A model generated the notes under the pieces. The model was given only the letters and a program-made list of their open reading frames with translations. It was not told the DNA's origin and did no database searches. A program made the position numbers and the translations under genes. Positions 1-12,100 of a stretch of DNA of 49,515 nt are shown here, in pieces. The stretch's first letter is position 1; each line of letters opens with the position of its first letter. Source of the stretch: Nemertoderma westbladi. Its lineage: Eukaryota; Animalia; Xenacoelomorpha. Location of the stretch: NCBI GenBank assembly GCA_032718475.1, contig JAUCBJ010001308.1, positions 1 to 49,515 of the forward strand, in the 5' to 3' direction.

Positions 1-238
1 ACAATACTACTATATACTTTATTACAATACAATTATATACTTTATTATTATTACAGTACAATACTATTATATACTTTATTATTATTACAATACTATTATA
101 TATTTTATTACAATACTATTATATACTTTATTACAATACTACTATATACTTTATTACAATACTACTATATACTTTATTACAATACAATTATATACTTTAT
201 TATTATTACAATACTATTATATACTTTATTACAATACC
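1..238. repeat. AT-rich minisatellite, ~23-bp unit (ACAATACTACTATATACTTTATT and variants)
   Basis: About 8 degenerate tandem copies; truncated by the window start. Confidence 0.85.
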
Positions 239-334
239 ATTAATATAATACTATAATGTTCACCGGTTAATAATAAGACTCTGCAACTAGTCCTATCTCT
301 ATTACTAGAATGTGAAACATCGAATGAAACCGAA

Positions 335-500
335 TAAGTTCACCTAGTTAGGATCTAAGTTCACCTAGTTAGGATCTAAGATCACCCATTTAGGATCTAA
401 ATTCACTCATATAGGATCTATGTTCGCATATATAGGACCTAAGTTTGCAAAGATCTAAGTTCGTAAAAGTCAGGCCCTGCAGGATCTAAGTTCGTTTTAC
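335..500. repeat. ~21-bp degenerate tandem repeat (AGGATCTAAGTTCACCTAGTT), possibly subterminal repeats of a non-autonomous DNA transposon
   Basis: GGATCTAAGTTC-like core recurs about 8 times at ~21-bp spacing; no partner arm found in the window. Confidence 0.65.
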
Positions 501-1496
501 CGCGGCTGACCGGTAATGGCTGACTGGATTCCATTCCAACTCGATATTTAAGTACGGTAGCGGTACTGTGGTACCGGTAGCCTATTTCCAAACCTAGGCC
601 TACTCAAAAAGTTAAGTTTTAAAAAAGTTTAATTAACTGTAATTTTATATCCTACGGTACCGGTCCGCGGTAGGCCTACCTACTGGCTACTGACAGGTCT
701 ACTTCAATTTTAAGTTGAATTTTAATAAATAATCAGTTGAAAATAGAACTTCTCCCAGCCTAGTGCTGTAGGGCTGTAGGGGAGTGCCCAGACTGCTTGT
801 TTGTCAGTTTGTACCGGTAGGCGAGGCGGTATGGTATGCATTCAATTACAGAATTACATATTACTGTATTACAGTAGGTAACCGTATTAGGCCAATTCTT
901 ATTTCAGCAATTAGCAGATTAGGTCTGTCCACTGTCAGTCTCAGTAAGTCTGTCACCTGTGGCGCTGTGGGTATCTCTGTGTCTGTATCTGGGTACCGGC
1001 AGACCGGTATTAACCCTCCCCCGGTAACGTGGGGTAAAATAATACCCCGAGCAGCCGAGGGGATAAATTTTGATATTTTTCGACAATCTCTCATATTATC
1101 TGATTACTGGATTGTACCTATGTCCATGTATTTATGTATGTCTGTATGTGTATGGCCTGTATTTCACAAGCCAAGACTTCGACCTAATCACGATGCGATA
1201 GATTGCTGCTTAAGTATATCAGTATATGTGAATACTGGAATACGGTACTGCGGTAGGGCCTAACTCGTATTGTAGGCTTTCTTAGTGGTGTTCTGGCCTT
1301 TTGGGTCTCATTTTGGGTTCATTGTAACTGCAATAATACAGTAATATAAAATTTAGTTGGACAATAATCACATTTTATGACCAAATCATCAGTAGTTTTG
1401 CAGTCATGGTGTATATTTCATATTACAATTCAAGATCTTGCTGTCTTGTGCTATTGCGAGGCGATATATCAATGTATATGTTTATGTTTAATGTTA

Positions 1497-1734
1497 GTTA
1501 TAGTTCATATCCGTACCGTACCGACCTGACCTATATGATATGATATAAGTATGAAATACCCTATGTTATTGAGATAGGCCTAATGTTTATTGTTTTGGTT
1601 AGAAAAGCCCACCACTGTAATGTAACCTGCTCCTTTCCGTTAATTAAGTAATGGAGATTAGTTTATTGTTTTGGTTAGAAAACACCACCACTGTAACACC
1701 ATCGGTCAGGTCGGTACGCATATGAAACGATAAC
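1497..1734. mobile_element. Small MITE nested in the piggyBac-like element
   Basis: ~30-bp imperfect inverted termini GTTATAGTTCATATCCGTACCGTACCGACCTGACC vs GGTCAGGTCGGTACGCATATGAAACGATAAC. Internal direct repeat GTTTATTGTTTTGGTTAGAAAA..CCACCACTGTAA occurs twice. Confidence 0.6.
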
Positions 1735-2738
1735 CTTAATGTTTAATAATTTACGGGTGTAGAAAGAAATATCTTATAAGGCACCCACTAACAAAATACA
1801 ATTTATCGGAAGTCGTCATATTAGGCCTACCAAGTAAAAATAATGAACACCAACATAGATACACAACGATATATTTACCACGTTCACAAAATTTATATAA
1901 TAAAAATACAGTAGTATTGCTACAGTGTACGTACAGTATTACGTATAATCTAAAATGGATATAAATGTTTATGTGTAGGCTACAGTAGATTAAAACCGGC
2001 AATAGTAACGTATATACTGTGGAGTGAGCAATTAATAAAACCAAAATAAATAAAAAATAATAAAAATTAAAATAATATATTCTAAACATATTGCGTCAGT
2101 TGTACGGTACTGTATATTAATTTTGAAGCAAATTTTGATATTAATTTTTTGTGTAAAATAGATTAAAACGTCAATTCTACATGACTAAATGTAGAGTACT
2201 GGAGTAAGCAAGTAATAAACCCAACATCATGCTGGATATTTACAATATAATAAGATTACAAATTTAAAAAGAAATTTAAAAATTAACAAGTTTATTGCGA
2301 TAGGCTAGTATAAAATAGGCTAAAAATCATATGAATGTAATTGTTACAGTACAGCAGTAGGCCTAGATTAAAACATCATTACATTCGAATATATATATAA
2401 CCTTGCAGCCTTGTTCTGTTGTTGACTTTCTGACTTTTAGTGGTGGTATTCAGTATTTGACTCATTTTATGTTTAATGTTTAATGTTTAATAGTTTGGGT
2501 ATAAGAAAGCTAATGCTTATGGAACCCGTACACACCAAAAGAAAGTCCAACTGAAAGTAATTATAACAGTACCGGTAAGTAATTAAGTATTGCGACCAAT
2601 ACCGACCATGTTTACGAAACAATGACAAAAACATATATAAAACAATTGAAACATAAAAGGACGCAGTTAAATTAAAATAGTGTTCTTATAAAAATGGTTA
2701 CTAATAAAATGTCTTGCTTGCTAAAGGGTTGAAGTGAC

Positions 2739-3190
2739 GTCTATAAAATCACGAGTATACACAGCAAATTACATAACAGTCGATAAAGTCAGATACATAC
2801 ACTAAAAATTACAAATATACATTAGAATTACTAAACAAATTCAATAAAATGACAGTCTATATATATAGTATCACGAGTATACACAGAAAGTTACATATCA
2901 GTCGATAAAATCGGATACAAGTATATCGGTTAGGGCTAATATCGATAGTTTAAGGGTTAAAATAAAATATAAAATTAATTTAAAATATCAGATAATCCAT
3001 AGCTATAAAAACAGTACGGTATGTAAAATAGATCAAGACATTTGAACACTTAAATTTACATGGATTAGCTAACACTACACGATGAGAAAATAAGTACACA
3101 GTTTAAGCTTTAAGGGTTAAAATAAAATATAAAATAAAATTAAAATATTCGATAAAATCGTTGTATAGAAACAGTTTGGTATGTAGAACT
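2739..3190. repeat. Two pairs of local degenerate direct duplications (~60-80 bp each)
   Basis: ATCACGAGTATACACAG...CAGTCGATAAA at ~2748 and ~2870; TTTAAGGGTTAAAATAAAATATAAAAT...AAACAGT..GGTATGTA at ~2949 and ~3109. Confidence 0.6.
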
Positions 3191-3473
3191 GATGGATTTA
3201 ATTAAAATAAAATATTGCATATGAATTGGATTATTTAAGAAATAACAGTTGCACCATTTGGGTCTATTTAAAAATACGAACGATTGGTAAGAGATTATAC
3301 TGTAAGTTACATAAAAATAAGTAGATCAAGTGAAAAATAAGTAGATAAGTAAAATAAGATAAAATGCGATAAAAATAAATATTGATGTGCGACTATAAAA
3401 AGAAAACAATTAAATATAACTAATGCGAGTTTGTGGAGAGGGGGGGGGGGGGGGTCATTGACTCTAAGTCTCG

Positions 3474-4166
3474 TTATTCGGACCACCAGGAGGGGGTAAA
3501 TTTGAGCTGTAAGTTTTTGTAGTGGTTATTGAGTCTCGATTTGAATGCGTTAAGTGAGGGGGCGGTTACTACAGATTCGGATAAGGCGTTCCAGGGGTCA
3601 ATGACACGGAAATGGAATGTTGCATTGCGTTGGAGGAGACGTGCGCGCGGTTTGTTTAGTTTAAGCGAATGGCCACGGAGGTTAGTTTCTGCGAGTGTGA
3701 GCATGTTTCTGAAGTCGACCGATTCCATTCCACTCAGGTAACGGTAAATTTGCACGAGGTCTGCGCGATGCCGTCTGTATTCCAGTGTAGGTAGTCCCAA
3801 TTCGCGTAGTCTCGTAGGATAAGGCTTATCTCGCAAATCCTTTACTAGTCTTGTTGCACGTCGTTGCACAGATTCGATTAGTCTAATGTCACATATATTG
3901 TGTGGAGACCATACTGTGGACGCATATTCTAGAACTGGACGGACCAAAGATTTAAAGAGTGCAATAAAGATGTCTGAGTCTAGATGGTTAAATGATCTGT
4001 ATATTAGCCCCAAAGTTCGGTTCGCTTTCTTTGTTATATTTGATATATGTCGGCTGAATGACAAATTGTTCTGGAATGTAACGCCTAGGTCTTTCTCGGA
4101 ATCTGTAGTTTTTAGCGGCTTCCCGCCAAGAGTGTATGGTAAGCAGGGGTTATTATTGCCAACGTG
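3474..4166 (-). mobile_element. 5'-truncated CR1-clade LINE: C-terminal end of ORF2 (post-RT/thumb region)
   Basis: ORF 3474-4064 extends upstream in frame as HVGNNNPCLPYTLGGKPLKTTDSEKDLGVTF. Motifs typical of CR1/L2 ORF2 C-termini: KKANRTLGLI, KSLVRPVLEYASTVWSP, ESVQRRATR, LEYRR.RADL, RGHSLKL, FRVIDPWNAL..VV.A.SLNAFK. The 3' UTR extends below 3474 (C-tract at ~3439-3454); its end was not resolved. Confidence 0.9.
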
Positions 4167-4635
4167 CTTATTGGAACTGCAATGGTCTACTTAGAGTAGA
4201 CCCATAACACCTCTAACAGTCTAAAAAACATAGAATACAGGAATAAGAAGCACTCTCCTGCTCTCACAGAATGCTTCGCTCTATGATAGTACCTTGTCTG
4301 CTTGTTGCAAAACGCCCCATCGCGACGTCAACGATGATCGCGATTGTAGTGCTGTAGTGGGATAACTTTTATGGCATTGAGCGTTGGGTAGGCCTAGACT
4401 TCAACCAAATTGAAAAAAAAAGTTCACAACTTATTTTTTCACCATTCTGCCATTTGGCAAATTCTGGGAGGGGGATTGCAAGTGTTTTTCTATTTAATGT
4501 TACTAAAATGTCTTTATCAATTTGGGGTATAAAAATACCCCACGTTACTGGCACTGGTGAAGGATAATTTTTGCCATACCTGATACCGGGGGGCGGGGGA
4601 GGGTTAAATACTGCGGCGCCGGGCCTCGGGCTGTC

Positions 4636-5514
4636 CCTATATGGAATACTGACAAAAAGCGCGCCACACGCGTTCAGGTTAAACGAAAATCGCGCCAGCC
4701 ATTATATCTAATGCGCGCCAAGCCAACAATTGACCATGAAATTTTGCAGTAATTGCTCAATTGTAATAATTTATCAGTTTATAATGGTGTAGCCCTACAG
4801 TATTTTAACATTAAAATGCGAGTGTAGCGAGCAAGGAAATTTTCCAATTATGTTAACATAAATACAGTCTGACAGTAATAGTCAGATAGTGCTGTTGTTA
4901 GTAGTAGGTCAACCTCAACTGACTGTTTTTAAATGCGGATGTGATCAAGATGCGAGCGTAGCGAGCACGAAAATTTTGACATTTCAGCATTTAAAGTAGA
5001 AGCAAATGCAGATGTCATGAAATTGCGAGCTGGCGAGCGTAGCGAGCACGGTAATTCTGCTGAATCATGCAGGCTGTCATGGTTTTATTGGTTTGAAGAA
5101 TCTGACAATTGAAAAACTTTTGAAACAAGTCATTTTTTTAATGGTCATGCTCAATCTGTCCGTTTCCATTTGTCCACAGCCAGACAGTGCTAAGAGTAGA
5201 CTTACAGTATAAACGTGAGCGAAGGGAGCGGACATTTTTCGATCTTTTTAAACCTATGGAATAATTTCAAATTGAGCTGTAGAGTGGGATGTGTTGCTAG
5301 TGCACTGCTACGCTACCTCCTACTGCAGTACTGTCCTAACCTAACACTACATCCATATTCAGATATTCGCGCCAGGATCCTCAATGCGCGCCACACGCCC
5401 CTGTCACTACGCGCCAGGATCCTTAATCCGCGCCACACGCCCCTGTCACTACGCGCCAGGATCCTTAATCCGCGCCACACATGTTGAGCAAACTCTACAT
5501 AAATTCCAACCTGG
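4636..5514. mobile_element. Non-autonomous DNA transposon with an 8-bp TSD (hAT- or P-like)
   Basis: GGGCTGTC direct repeat at 4628-4635 and 5515-5522. Imperfect TIR CCTATATGGAAT vs reverse complement CCAGGTTGGAAT. Clustered (G)CGCGCCA motifs near both ends; internal GCGAG(C/T)GTAGCGAGCA three times. Confidence 0.6.
5368..5480. repeat. 42-bp tandem repeat, ~2.7 copies (CGCGCCAGGATCCTTAATCCGCGCCACACGCCCCTGTCACTA)
   Basis: Directly visible; subterminal in the 4636-5514 element; explains the RARILNPRHTPLSL repeat in the ORF track. Confidence 0.9.
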
Positions 5515-5791
5515 GGGCTGTCGGGCCTCCTACATTACATACCGGTACTAGGCTACCAGACTACTGCTGTACTGTCCTAGTCTAGTCTGCTAGTAGTGCT
5601 GTAGTCAGACTGCAGGAGTGCAGGACTGACTCCTAACTCACTGGCAGACTGGGTCGGCATTCAACATTCTCGGCAAACAGCAAACCGGCAATAATGATTC
5701 AGTAATTCGCTGTAATATCAGACAGTCGGAATAATTCGGTACCGGTAATTAATGACTGGTAGACTGGGTGTGAGTGATAGATAAACAAAAC

Positions 5792-6031
5792 ATGTCTGTT
5801 GACATAAAGCAACTCCCTCCAATGCCCAACGGTGTCGGCCCACCAGTTAATCCCACAGGACACATTGTCGACGAAAAAGCCGTGGTAATGGACCAGTGGA
5901 AGGCAATGTGGGGATCTCATCTGCACGTTCTGTACAAATTTGCGATTCAATTTTTTAAGGAAAAATGTGGATCAAAGGCAGCCGAAATTTCATACGAAGA
6001 CAAAAACTTATTGGTTGCCTACAGCAAACAA
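5792..6031 (+). CDS. ACBD3: ACBD3/GCP60-like Golgi protein, coding exon 1 (start of ACB domain)
   Basis: ATG in AAAAC-ATG context. LYKFAIQFFKEKCGSKAAEISYEDKNLLVAYSKQ resembles recalled vertebrate ACBD3 [33 protein letters not shown]. Donor CAA|GTTAGT, phase 0. Confidence 0.88.
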
Positions 6032-6355
6032 GTTAGTCTATAAACTTAAATTAGCCCAGCCGCGCTACCGGTCAGTCAGGCACTTTTGCAAATTTGGCAT
6101 TAGTCCAAATTTATACTTTTTGAAGCCAAATTTAAACGAAGTCCAAATTTGTAATTTTGTGGGGCAATTTATACTTCATAATGCGGGATAGGCTAGGATT
6201 TCTATCAGATAGTTCTATAGATGCTATACGTACAATGATTGTTGTTCATAAGATAGACCTATTATCAGATTATATTACGGGATTATTATTATTTTGTTTA
6301 TTATTGGAATAACTTATATTATTATCATTGGGACAAATTAAGTACTTATTACAAG

Positions 6356-6690
6356 AATTATCTCACAAACTGTTCCTTTCTACACACATTCTGACATTGA
6401 TTACAAGTCACACATGGTTATTTTTTTAGAAAACTTACCACTTTAATCAGAATTATTAGTTCAGTAGTTCCATGTGCCGTTCTTAAACTTGGCAGGTCGT
6501 ACAGCCGTAGAGCATGTGCAGTGACGTCATAACTGTCTATAGGACTATAGGAGTATTATTAGTAAAAGTACAAATTTGAACTTTTTTACAAAAATTATCA
6601 CACCCGCTGTGCCTTCTACACACATTGATTATTGGTCACGCATGGTTATCTTTTAGAAAACTTAGTAAAAGTACAAATTTGAACTTTTTT
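6356..6690. repeat. Degenerate direct duplications in intron 1, probably a TE relic
   Basis: TTCTACACACATT...GTCAC.CATGGTTAT.TTTTAGAAAACTTA at ~6378 and ~6614; TAGTAAAAGTACAAATTTGAACTTTTTT at ~6560 and ~6663. Confidence 0.55.
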
Positions 6691-7089
6691 TTGAATTTTT
6701 TTTTGGAATAAAATAAGTCTGAAAACTTCTGTTATGTTCAGGCATTCAATTTGCACTATTTTGGGGTTGTCCAATATACCAAAATGATCCCCTGTGTGTC
6801 TAAATTATGATTATCAGTATAGATTGTGGTTATACCTACCAGTTTTTAAAATGTTGTCATATTTTTACAAGGTGACCATTTTGGGGCAACTTGAAACATA
6901 TACTTCAGTTGATGACCCTTTACATTTTTTGGCATTATTCTTACAACGGCGGGCTTTTTGAATTTACTAATAGGCATACTGTTTGTTTAATCCATATTAC
7001 TTAATCGTGTTGTCCATATTCTCAGTCTGCATACAGTACCATCCGGTTTCAGTAATCAAGTTTTCCAGTGGCAGTACCGCACCATTCTG

Positions 7090-7684
7090 GCATAGTACAG
7101 TACCAGTACCGCAGCATAGTACAGTACCAGTATCACAGCATAGTACAGTACCAGTACCACACCACAGCATAGTACAGTACCAGTACCGCAGCATAGTACA
7201 GTACCAGTACCACAGCATAGTACAGTACCAATACCAAAGCATAGTACAGTACCAGTACCACAGCATAGTACAGTACCAGTACCACAGCATAGTACAGTAC
7301 CAGTACCACAGCATAGTACAGTACCACACCACAGCATAGTACAGTACCAGTACCACAGCATAGTACAGTACCAGTACCACAGCATAGTACAGTACCAGTA
7401 CCACAGCATAGTACAGTGCCACACCACAGCATAGTACAGTACCAGTACCACAGCATAGTACAGTACCAGTACCACAGCATAGTACAGTACCAATACCACA
7501 TCATAGTACAGTACCACACCACAGCATAGTACAGTTCCAGTACCACTGCATAGTACAGTACCAGTACCACAGCATAGTACAGTACCAGTACCACAGCATA
7601 GTACAGTACCACACCACAGCAGAGTACAGTCAGTTCCACAGCATAGTACAGTACCACAGCATAGTACAGTACAGTACCCAGTAT
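7090..7684. repeat. 24-bp minisatellite (GCATAGTACAGTACCAGTACCACA), ~24 copies, with 23-bp variants
   Basis: Directly visible; produces the spurious periodic ORFs in four frames. Confidence 0.95.
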
Positions 7685-7787
7685 CATAAAAGGATAATAA
7701 GAGTAAATGCAACATGACGTTATCTGATAAATTCACCCCTATTTTTATTTTTATGGACATTGTTTCTATTCACCCCCCCCCCCCCAG

Positions 7788-7991
7788 GTTTCTGTGGGCC
7801 CCTACAGCCCGACGTCTCATCACGCAGAAGATCCAGGTGTCCTGGATGTTGTTGGAGTGGATAGACAAAAGAAATGGGCGGCTCTGGGAGACATGGGCCA
7901 TGACGTTGCCATGGCTACCTTCATAAACCTTATCGACAAACGTTGCCAATCGTTCAGGCCATGGTTCGAGGCTCAGAAAAAAGCGCAAGAG
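7788..7991 (+). CDS. ACBD3: ACBD3-like coding exon 2 (rest of ACB domain)
   Basis: Acceptor poly-C CAG|. VSVGPYSPTSHHAEDPGVLDVVGVDRQKKWAALGDMGHDVAMATFINLIDKRCQSF resembles recalled ACBD3 [54 protein letters not shown]. Donor GAG|GTATAC, phase 0. Confidence 0.9.
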
Positions 7992-8018
7992 GTATACCGG
8001 AACCAACTATATATATAT

Positions 8019-8762
8019 TGTGTGTGTGATCCCTTCTTTGTAAGATACTATCTTCGTTTCTTTATTTACTTTCATTTCATTTTAACGCAGTAAAGATTCG
8101 TTGCAATGACCCAACGCAGAGGCGCATTGCTCTCATGGATATGGGCACTAGTACAGATATGTGATATAGTGTGGCTGTGGAGTTGTTAAAATATAGGTGC
8201 CTACATGAATTAAACTCCTAAGGGCATGACGATAACTTAAACGTGTCCAAGGAATCCATGTCTGCTTGAGTAAGCGCTTAAGGTTGTAGGTTATTACCGG
8301 GACAGCCAATGAACCCCACAGAAAGTACCGTGCAATATTTTGGATTTAGCCACCGATTGAAATGAATGAGAAAGACGTGCAATTGCCTGTTGTGATTCGT
8401 GTAATACAAGCCGAGAGCTCGAAGTACAACTGAGTCGGTAGCCTAGGAATTCCAGGGCTAGACTTTTTTAAACTAGTGTTCCACCAAGATTGAGAAAGCA
8501 GGATTTGTGTGTTAGTCTGCATCCCCTATCAAGAACCAACCACGATGTTTTAGATGCAGCAAACGATAAGCCTACATCACTATAGCTTTATTAGAGAGAA
8601 CACTGGCCATTATCTCCAAGTCGCGCATAGAAAGATAAATGGCGCTCCAAGCCAGACAGGTCCAATACGGCAGCCAAGACCTGTGGACTGAAGTCCATTG
8701 ACCATCACTTCCGTGTATAGGTTGCGGGTGCCATGTCGCGCCCTCTAGCGGCAGATAATACA
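8019..8762 (-). mobile_element. Probable solo LTR in intron 2
   Basis: Minus strand reads TGTATTATCTGCCGCTAGAGGGCGC ... AATAAA (+ strand TTTATT at ~8061) ... CACACA. Both flanks are (TA)n runs. The TSD is imperfect. Confidence 0.45.
8738..8752 (-). promoter_or_regulatory. CTCF-like motif GCCGCTAGAGGGCGC
   Basis: Close match to the CTCF core consensus CC(A/G)(C/G)(C/T)AG(A/G)(G/T)GGC(A/G)C; motif match only. Confidence 0.4.
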
Positions 8763-8793
8763 TTATATATATATAGTTAGTTTAATCCCACAG

Positions 8794-8898
8794 GAAAAAG
8801 AAATAGACGAACGGGAGACAGCTGGAAAAGTGAAGTGTGAGGAGGAGAGGAAAGAATCTGAGACGCGATTGATAGAAGAGGCTCAGTTACAGGCCCAG
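8794..8898 (+). CDS. ACBD3: ACBD3-like coding exon 3 (charged E/K/R-rich coiled coil); missed by the ORF track
   Basis: Acceptor TTTAATCCCACAG|. 105 nt encoding EKEIDERETAGKVKCEEERKESETRLIEEAQLQAQ. Consensus donor CAG|GTAAGT; phase 0/0. Confidence 0.85.
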
Positions 8899-9036
8899 GT
8901 AAGTAGCATAAACATTTATAAGAAGTTTCTGTATATTTAACCGCGTTGTATTGAGCTGCGTTACATGTCTACCCTCCCAAGGTGTGCAAATTTCGCTATT
9001 TAGTTATTACACATTGCCGATCGGTGATACACGCAG

Positions 9037-9192
9037 TCTATACTTATATATCTACTATACTTATTAAAGAGATTAGTAAAATCCCGGTGTCTGCGACTTT
9101 GCCTTCCATTAATCGCATCGCTTTGTAATCTTTTTATCTATATTGATTAATAACGTGCGGTTTGCCTGCGGTAATCAAAGGTAAAATAGAAG
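9037..9192 (+). mobile_element. Helitron-like 5' terminus immediately before the 40-bp satellite
   Basis: Doubled start TCTATACTTATATA|TCTACTATACTTATTAAAGAG with an A|TC junction at 9050/9051, resembling Helitron 5' ends. No clear 3' hairpin-CTRR end identified. Confidence 0.35.
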
Positions 9193-12100
9193 CCAACACC
9201 AATACACTAGTTGTGTAACTGACTAACTAACTAACACCAACACCAATACACTAGTTCTGTAACTAACTAACTAACACCAACACCAATACACTAGTTGTAT
9301 AACTAACTAACTAACACCAACACCAATACACTAGTTGTGTAACTAACTAACTAACACCAACACCAATACACTAGTTGTGTAACTAACTAACCAACACCAA
9401 TACACTAGTTGTGTAACTAACTAACTAATACCAACACCAATACACTAGTTGTGTAACTAACTAACTAACACCAACACCAATACACTAGTTGTGTAACTGA
9501 CTAACTAACTAACACCAACACCAATACACTAGTTGTGTAACTAACTAACTAACACCAACACCAATACACTAGTTGTGTAACCAACTAACACCAACACCAA
9601 TACACTATTTGTGTAACTAACTAACTAACACCAACACCAATACACTAGTTGTGTAACTAACTAACTAACACCAACACCAATACACTAGTTGTGTAACTAA
9701 CTAACTAACACCAACACCAATACACTAGTTGTGTAACTAACTAACTAACACCAACACCAATACACTAGTTGTGTAACTGACTAACTAACTAACACCAACA
9801 CCAATACACTAGTTCTGTAACTAACTAACTAACACCAACACCAATACACTAGTTGTGTAACTAACTAACTAACACCAACACCAATACACTAGTTGTGTAA
9901 CTAACTAACTAACACCAACACCAATACACTAGTTGTGTAACTAACTAACCAACACCAATACACTAGTTGTGTAACTAACTAACTAATACCAACAACAATA
10001 CACTAGTTGTGTAACTAACTAACTAACACCAACACCAATACACTAGTTGTGTAACTAACTAACTAACACCTACACCAATACACTAGTTGTGTAACTAACT
10101 AACTAACACCAACCCAACACCAATACACTAGTTATGTAACTAACTAACTAACACCAACACCAATACACTAGTTGTGTAAATAACTAACCAACACCAATAC
10201 ACTAGTTGTGTAACTAACTAACTAACACCAACACCAATACACTAGTTGTGTAACTAACTAACCAACACCAACACCAATACACTAGTTGTGTAACTAACTA
10301 AACTAACTAATACCAACACCAATACACTAGTTGTGTAACTAACTAACTAACACCAACACCAATACACTAGTTGTGTAACTAACTAACTAACACCAACCCA
10401 ACACCAATACACTAGTTGTGTAACTAACTAACTAACACCAACACCAATACACTAGTTGTGTAAATAACTAACTACAGTAACACCAACACCAATACACTAG
10501 TTGTGTAACTAACTATCTAACACCAACACCAGTACACTAGTTGTGTAACTAACTAACTAACACCAACACCAATACACTAGTTGTGTAACTAACTAACTAC
10601 AGTAACACCAACACCAATACACTAGTTGTGTAACTAACTAACTACAGTAACACCAACACCAATACACTAGTTGTGTAACTAACTATCTAACACCAACACC
10701 AGTACACTAGTTGTGTAACTAACTAACTAACACCAACACCAATACACTAGTTGTGTAACTAACTAACTACAGTAACACCAACACCAATACACTAGTTGTG
10801 TAACTAACTAACTACAGTAACACCAACACCAATACACTAGTTGTGTAACTAACTAACTACAGTAACACCAACACCAATACACTAGTTGTGTAACTAACTA
10901 ACTAACACCAACACCAATACACTAGTTGTGTAACTAACTAACTAACACCAATACACTAGTTGTGTAACTAACTAACACCTACACCAATACACTAGTTGTG
11001 TACAACTAACTAACTAACTAACACCTACACCAATACACTAGTTGTGTAACCAACTAACACCAACACCAATACACTAGTTGTGTAACTAACTAACTAACAC
11101 CAACACCAATACACTAGTTGTGTAACCAACTAAATAACACCTACACCAATACACTAGTTGTGTAACTAACTAACTAACACCAACACCAATACACTAGTTG
11201 TGTAACTAACTAACTAACACCAACACCAATACACTAGTTGTGTAACTAACTAACTAACACCAACACCAATACACTAGTTGTGTAACTAACTAACTAACTA
11301 ACACCTACACCAATACACTAGTTGTGTAACCAACTAACACCAACACCAATACACTAGTTGTGTAACTAACTAACTAACACCAACACCAATACACTAGTTG
11401 TGTAACTAACTAACTAACACCTACACCAATACACTAGTTGTGTAACCAACTAACACCAACACCAATACACTAGTTGTGTAACTAACTAACTAACACCAAC
11501 ACCAATACACTAGTTGTGTAACTAACTAACTAACACCAACACAAATACACTAGTTGTGTAACTAACTAACTAACTAACACCTACACCAATACACTAGTTG
11601 TGTAACCAACTAACTAACACCAACACCAGTACACTAGTTGTGTAACTAACTAACTAACACCAATACAATAGTTGTGTAACTAACTAACACCTACAACAAT
11701 ACACTAGTAGTGTAACTAACTAACTAACTAACTAACACCTACACCAATACACTAGTTGTGTAACTAACTAACTAACACCAACACCAATACACTAGTTGTG
11801 TAACCAACTAACTAACACCAACACCAGTACACTAGTTGTGTAACTAACTAACTAACACCAATACACTAGTTGTGTAACTAACTAACACCTACACCAATAC
11901 ACTAGTTGTGTAACTAACTAACTAACTAACTAACACCTACACCAATACACTAGTTGTGTAACTAACTAACTAACACCAACACCAATACACTAGTTGTGTA
12001 ACTAACTAACCAACACCAATACACTAGTTGTGTAACTAACTAACTAACACCAACACCAATACACTAGTTGTGTAACTAACTAACTAACACCAACACCAAT

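Larger units (their letters stand above)
1014..4603. mobile_element. Non-autonomous piggyBac-like element (3590 bp) with nested insertions
   Basis: TTAA at 1010-1013 and 4604-4607. Perfect 10-bp TIR CCCTCCCCCG / CGGGGGAGGG. Asymmetrically spaced subterminal inverted repeat CCGGTAACGTGGGGTA-N7-TACCCC (1021-1049) vs GGGGTA-N6/7-TACCCCACGTTACTGG (4524-4551). No transposase ORF. Confidence 0.75.

Noticed and set aside
784-2089. ORFs 784-1263, 861-1094 and 1751-2089
   Set aside because: No recognisable motifs; they cross TE boundaries or reflect AT-rich composition.
3529-4194. + strand ORFs 3529-3741 and 3886-4194
   Set aside because: Antisense shadows of the CR1 ORF2 fragment.
6983-7760. Four overlapping Cys/Tyr/Trp-rich ORFs (metallothionein- or keratin-like)
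   Set aside because: Translations of a 24-bp minisatellite in intron 1, open in several frames on both strands.
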